A stretch of 64,000 nucleotides of DNA from a virus (Duplodnaviria; Caudoviricetes): positions 29,578-93,577 of the IMG/VR virus record IMGVR_UViG_2706795957_000001; one strand, written 5' to 3'. Both the position numbers and the translations under genes were made by a program. The stretch's first letter is position 1. The number at the start of each line of letters is the position of its first letter. The notes beneath the pieces are model-generated. The model worked only from the letters and a program-made list of their open reading frames with translations, did no database searches and was not told where the DNA came from. Positions 61,792-64,000 of the stretch are shown here, in pieces.

Positions 61792-62322
61792 TCAAGCGTT
61801 GACAGTTGTGCCCATGGCGATGGTTGCCATGACAACCTCATTCTGTAGAGACTTGGGCACATTGGTACCCATCCAACGCTGCCAGTCGGCAGGGTCACGG
61901 TTGACCAGGCGCCGCGCGTACTCGTCGACCTGCCGCGCACGGTTAGCCGCTGCCCGAGACTTGTCCACAGACTTTCGGTTGACCTGCCGGACCGTGGACT
62001 TCCGAGTTTTGGGCAGACTTGTCCCAGTGCCGGCACGGACCTTTTTCCGACGGACCTCACCGAACTCTTCGACCAGCCCCATGCTGGACAGGTCGCGACG
62101 CCGCACCTCATATCCGCCCGGAGTCTCGACCACCTCACCACGATCGTAAAGGTAACCGCGTTCTTTGTCGGTGAGGTTCGACCACGGTTGCGCACCCTCA
62201 CGGTACTGCTGCCGTGACGTCCGAACCGAGTTGCGCGCCGTGACCCGCGGGTCTGCCGGACCACTCGGACCCCAGAAGTCACCATGGGGAAGTGGTCGGT
62301 TCGCGAACCTATCGTCACTCAT
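61792..62322 (-). CDS. Basic hypothetical protein
   Basis: Own promoter, SD AAAGG. Confidence 0.65.
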   Translation of the reverse strand: MSDDRFANRPLPHGDFWGPSGPADPRVTARNSVRTSRQQYREGAQPWSNLTDKERGYLYDRGEVVETPGGYEVRRRDLSSMGLVEEFGEVRRKKVRAGTGTSLPKTRKSTVRQVNRKSVDKSRAAANRARQVDEYARRLVNRDPADWQRWMGTNVPKSLQNEVVMATIAMGTTVNA

Positions 62323-62482
62323 TGGTCTAAACCTTTCTTTCTGCCGTTGCCCTTAAGTCTACCAGAGTAGTTAGTGGAAGTCAATCCTTGTCGGATTCGA
62401 GTTTGCTAGCGTCGCAGTGACTCTGTAATCCAAGGGTCGACAAACCGAGCCATGCCGGCATGTCACCACAATTCTGGTTGGT

Positions 62483-62527
62483 GGAATTACTCCGATTGAA
62501 CGGTAGGGCCCATGTCCCGGTAATTCC
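62483..62527 (-). ncRNA. Three-way-junction RNA element, copy 1
   Basis: GGAATTAC/GTAATTCC stem enclosing a conserved core. Confidence 0.65.
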
Positions 62528-62562
62528 CGATAACCTATTAAACCATAGGTCGGTGGTGGAAG

Positions 62563-62826
62563 TCAACCGAGTGAGAACAATTTGTCCTCATGAGCTTCAG
62601 CGCACGGTTCACAGTAGTGGAAGTGTTCACCATGCGCCTCGCACACCATGCGACGGCAGTACGCGGCCGCGACCTCGTAGTCGCGAAACGTCGTGATGGT
62701 CTCACCGTCGCGCGACACATGGTGCCGACCGTCGCGCTTGTCGACTGTCAGCGCGCCGTACTCGGACCGGACCCACCGACGACTGTCGTCGCGAACGATG
62801 GTCATATCGTGCTGGTCAACAAACAT
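62563..62826 (-). CDS. Hypothetical protein
   Basis: SD AAAGG within a duplicated leader. Confidence 0.6.
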   Translation of the reverse strand: MFVDQHDMTIVRDDSRRWVRSEYGALTVDKRDGRHHVSRDGETITTFRDYEVAAAYCRRMVCEAHGEHFHYCEPCAEAHEDKLFSLG

Positions 62827-62862
62827 GACAGAACCTTTCACTAGAAACGGATCTAACAGAGT

Positions 62863-62909
62863 GGCAATACTCCGATTGAACGGTAGGGCCCTAATGTCCC
62901 GGTATTGCC
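62863..62909 (-). ncRNA. Three-way-junction RNA element, copy 2
   Basis: GGCAATAC/GTATTGCC stem; part of an ~85-bp leader duplicated near 63147-63236. Confidence 0.65.
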
Positions 62910-62920
62910 TCACGGTTCGA

Positions 62921-63142
62921 CTACGCGGTGTGTTGGGAGTACTTCAGAAAAATGGTGTCGATGCTCGGATCGCTACCGTCGCCGATCTTTACCATGGTCC
63001 CGATCATGGTGTCATTCACGCAACGGATGCATCGGCCATTGGCGATGGTATCGGCATAGGCGATAGCGTCGAGCTCGGTCCGAACCGAGAAACTACGCGC
63101 GGCACCACACTCGGACGTTGTTGTTACCTCATGAATCCACAT
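62921..63142 (-). CDS. Hypothetical protein
   Basis: SD GGAAGG within the duplicated leader. Confidence 0.55.
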   Translation of the reverse strand: MWIHEVTTTSECGAARSFSVRTELDAIAYADTIANGRCIRCVNDTMIGTMVKIGDGSDPSIDTIFLKYSQHTA

Positions 63143-63180
63143 GGCAGAACCTTCCACTAGAAAACGGATCATTACAGAGT

Positions 63181-63227
63181 GGCAATACTCCGATTGAACG
63201 GTAGGGCCCTAATGTCCCGGTATTGCC
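63181..63227 (-). ncRNA. Three-way-junction RNA element, copy 3
   Basis: Identical to copy 2; begins just after the predicted TSS. Confidence 0.65.
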
Positions 63228-63264
63228 TTAACGGTTAAATTGAACCATAGGTGGGGAGTGGAAG

Positions 63265-63513
63265 TCAACCCTTAACCGTACCGGGGACAACGGATGTCAC
63301 GTACTCACCGGAGTGAGTGACAACCGTGACGTATCGACCGTCGTGAGACTCGTCGACGATGATGAGGTCCAGCTCATCATTCAAGTCGACAGACACAATC
63401 GCGTCTCCGTTGTCGTTGGCAGACCACAGAATCCGGTAGGCCATGTTCGCCATGTCATCCGACAGTGCCAGGTCGTCGACTCGGTTGAGCGCTTCGGTGG
63501 TGGTGAGTGTCAT
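63265..63513 (-). CDS. Acidic hypothetical protein, first gene of leftward arm
   Basis: SD AAAGGGA; promoter at 63541-63570. Confidence 0.6.
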   Translation of the reverse strand: MTLTTTEALNRVDDLALSDDMANMAYRILWSANDNGDAIVSVDLNDELDLIIVDESHDGRYVTVVTHSGEYVTSVVPGTVKG

Positions 63514-63737
63514 TTCATCCCTTTCATTGAACCGACTCCCATTAAACCACGTGTCAGGAGTGGAAGTCAATTCCTCCCGCGCGGTGTCGGTGGGGTCGGT
63601 GCGTGTCATGAGAGAGAATCTATCAGGTGGCACCCCTACTTAGGGAAGCCTAATCCGTGACAACATTGGTTGTCACCAGGCCGGCCTAGTGTCACAGTGA
63701 CGTTTCTGCCCGTACCTCGGACCTAGGACGTCGGCGC

Positions 63738-63830
63738 TGCCGGCAGGGTCGCCGCCTGGTCGCCGCCTGGTCGCCGCCGGCAGGGTCGCCGCCTGGTCGC
63801 CGCCTGGTCGCCGCCGGCAGGGTCGCCGCC
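63738..63830. repeat. Tandem GGTCGCCGCC units (7) with T or GGCAG linkers, near the probable genome end
   Basis: Seen directly; non-coding; followed by two AAACCGC(T/A)GGTCA motifs. Confidence 0.8.
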
Positions 63831-64000
63831 GCCCTACCGAGCGCTCGCTCGGTGCCGGTACCCGGGGAGGGTATGCCGCCCGACCGAGCGCTCGTTCGGT
63901 CCACCCAAAACCGCTGGTCAGGGCGCCGGCGAGGGTCCGAAAAATCGGAAAACCGCAGGTCAACCCCCCCGCCGCCCCCCGCCGCCGCCGCGCGACGCTC

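Larger units (their letters stand above)
61004..63570 (-). promoter_or_regulatory. Array of 7 near-consensus leftward promoters (-35 at 61028, 61370, 61635, 62379, 62561, 63263, 63565)
   Basis: TTGAC(T/A)(T/C)CCAC, N17-18, then TAGTGT/TAGTCT/TAGACT/TTTAAT/TTCAAT; about one per gene. Confidence 0.8.

Noticed and set aside
62483-63236. CRISPR-like array
   Set aside because: Only three repeats, 300-380 bp apart with genes between them; no cas genes

Overview
About 64 kb from the middle to the apparent right end of a GC-rich, integrase-carrying actinobacteriophage, probably of a mycolic-acid host such as Gordonia. The host is inferred from Lsr2, WhiB, DUF3039, nrdF/nrdH and a lysis cassette embedded among tail genes. 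Gene order: GH19 endolysin/holin cassette; minor tail and fibre genes; leftward lsr2 unit; accessory operon (exonuclease VII xseA/xseB, metallophosphoesterase, RtcB, LAGLIDADG); tRNA(CAU), attP, tyrosine integrase and a repressor-like gene that is frameshifted; a ~29 kb rightward early operon (RecE/RecT, ThyX, RepA-like initiator with iterons, MazG, PRS+NAMPT = NARP1-like, primase-helicase, SSB, WhiB, nucleotide enzymes, NrdF); and a leftward arm of small genes driven by repeated TTGACTTCCAC promoters. The most unusual signals are non-coding or micro-coding: (1) two tandem copies of a covarying, probably pseudoknotted RNA motif behind a consensus promoter (23292-23677); (2) a stand-alone transcript of coupled minigenes encoding MRAREPP peptides (11726-11905); (3) repeated T-loop/tRNA-like RNA elements in the right arm; (4) a 29-nt intergenic motif present three times; (5) an attP core matching the anticodon loop of the phage's own tRNA. 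All calls come from reading the sequence; no database searches were run.
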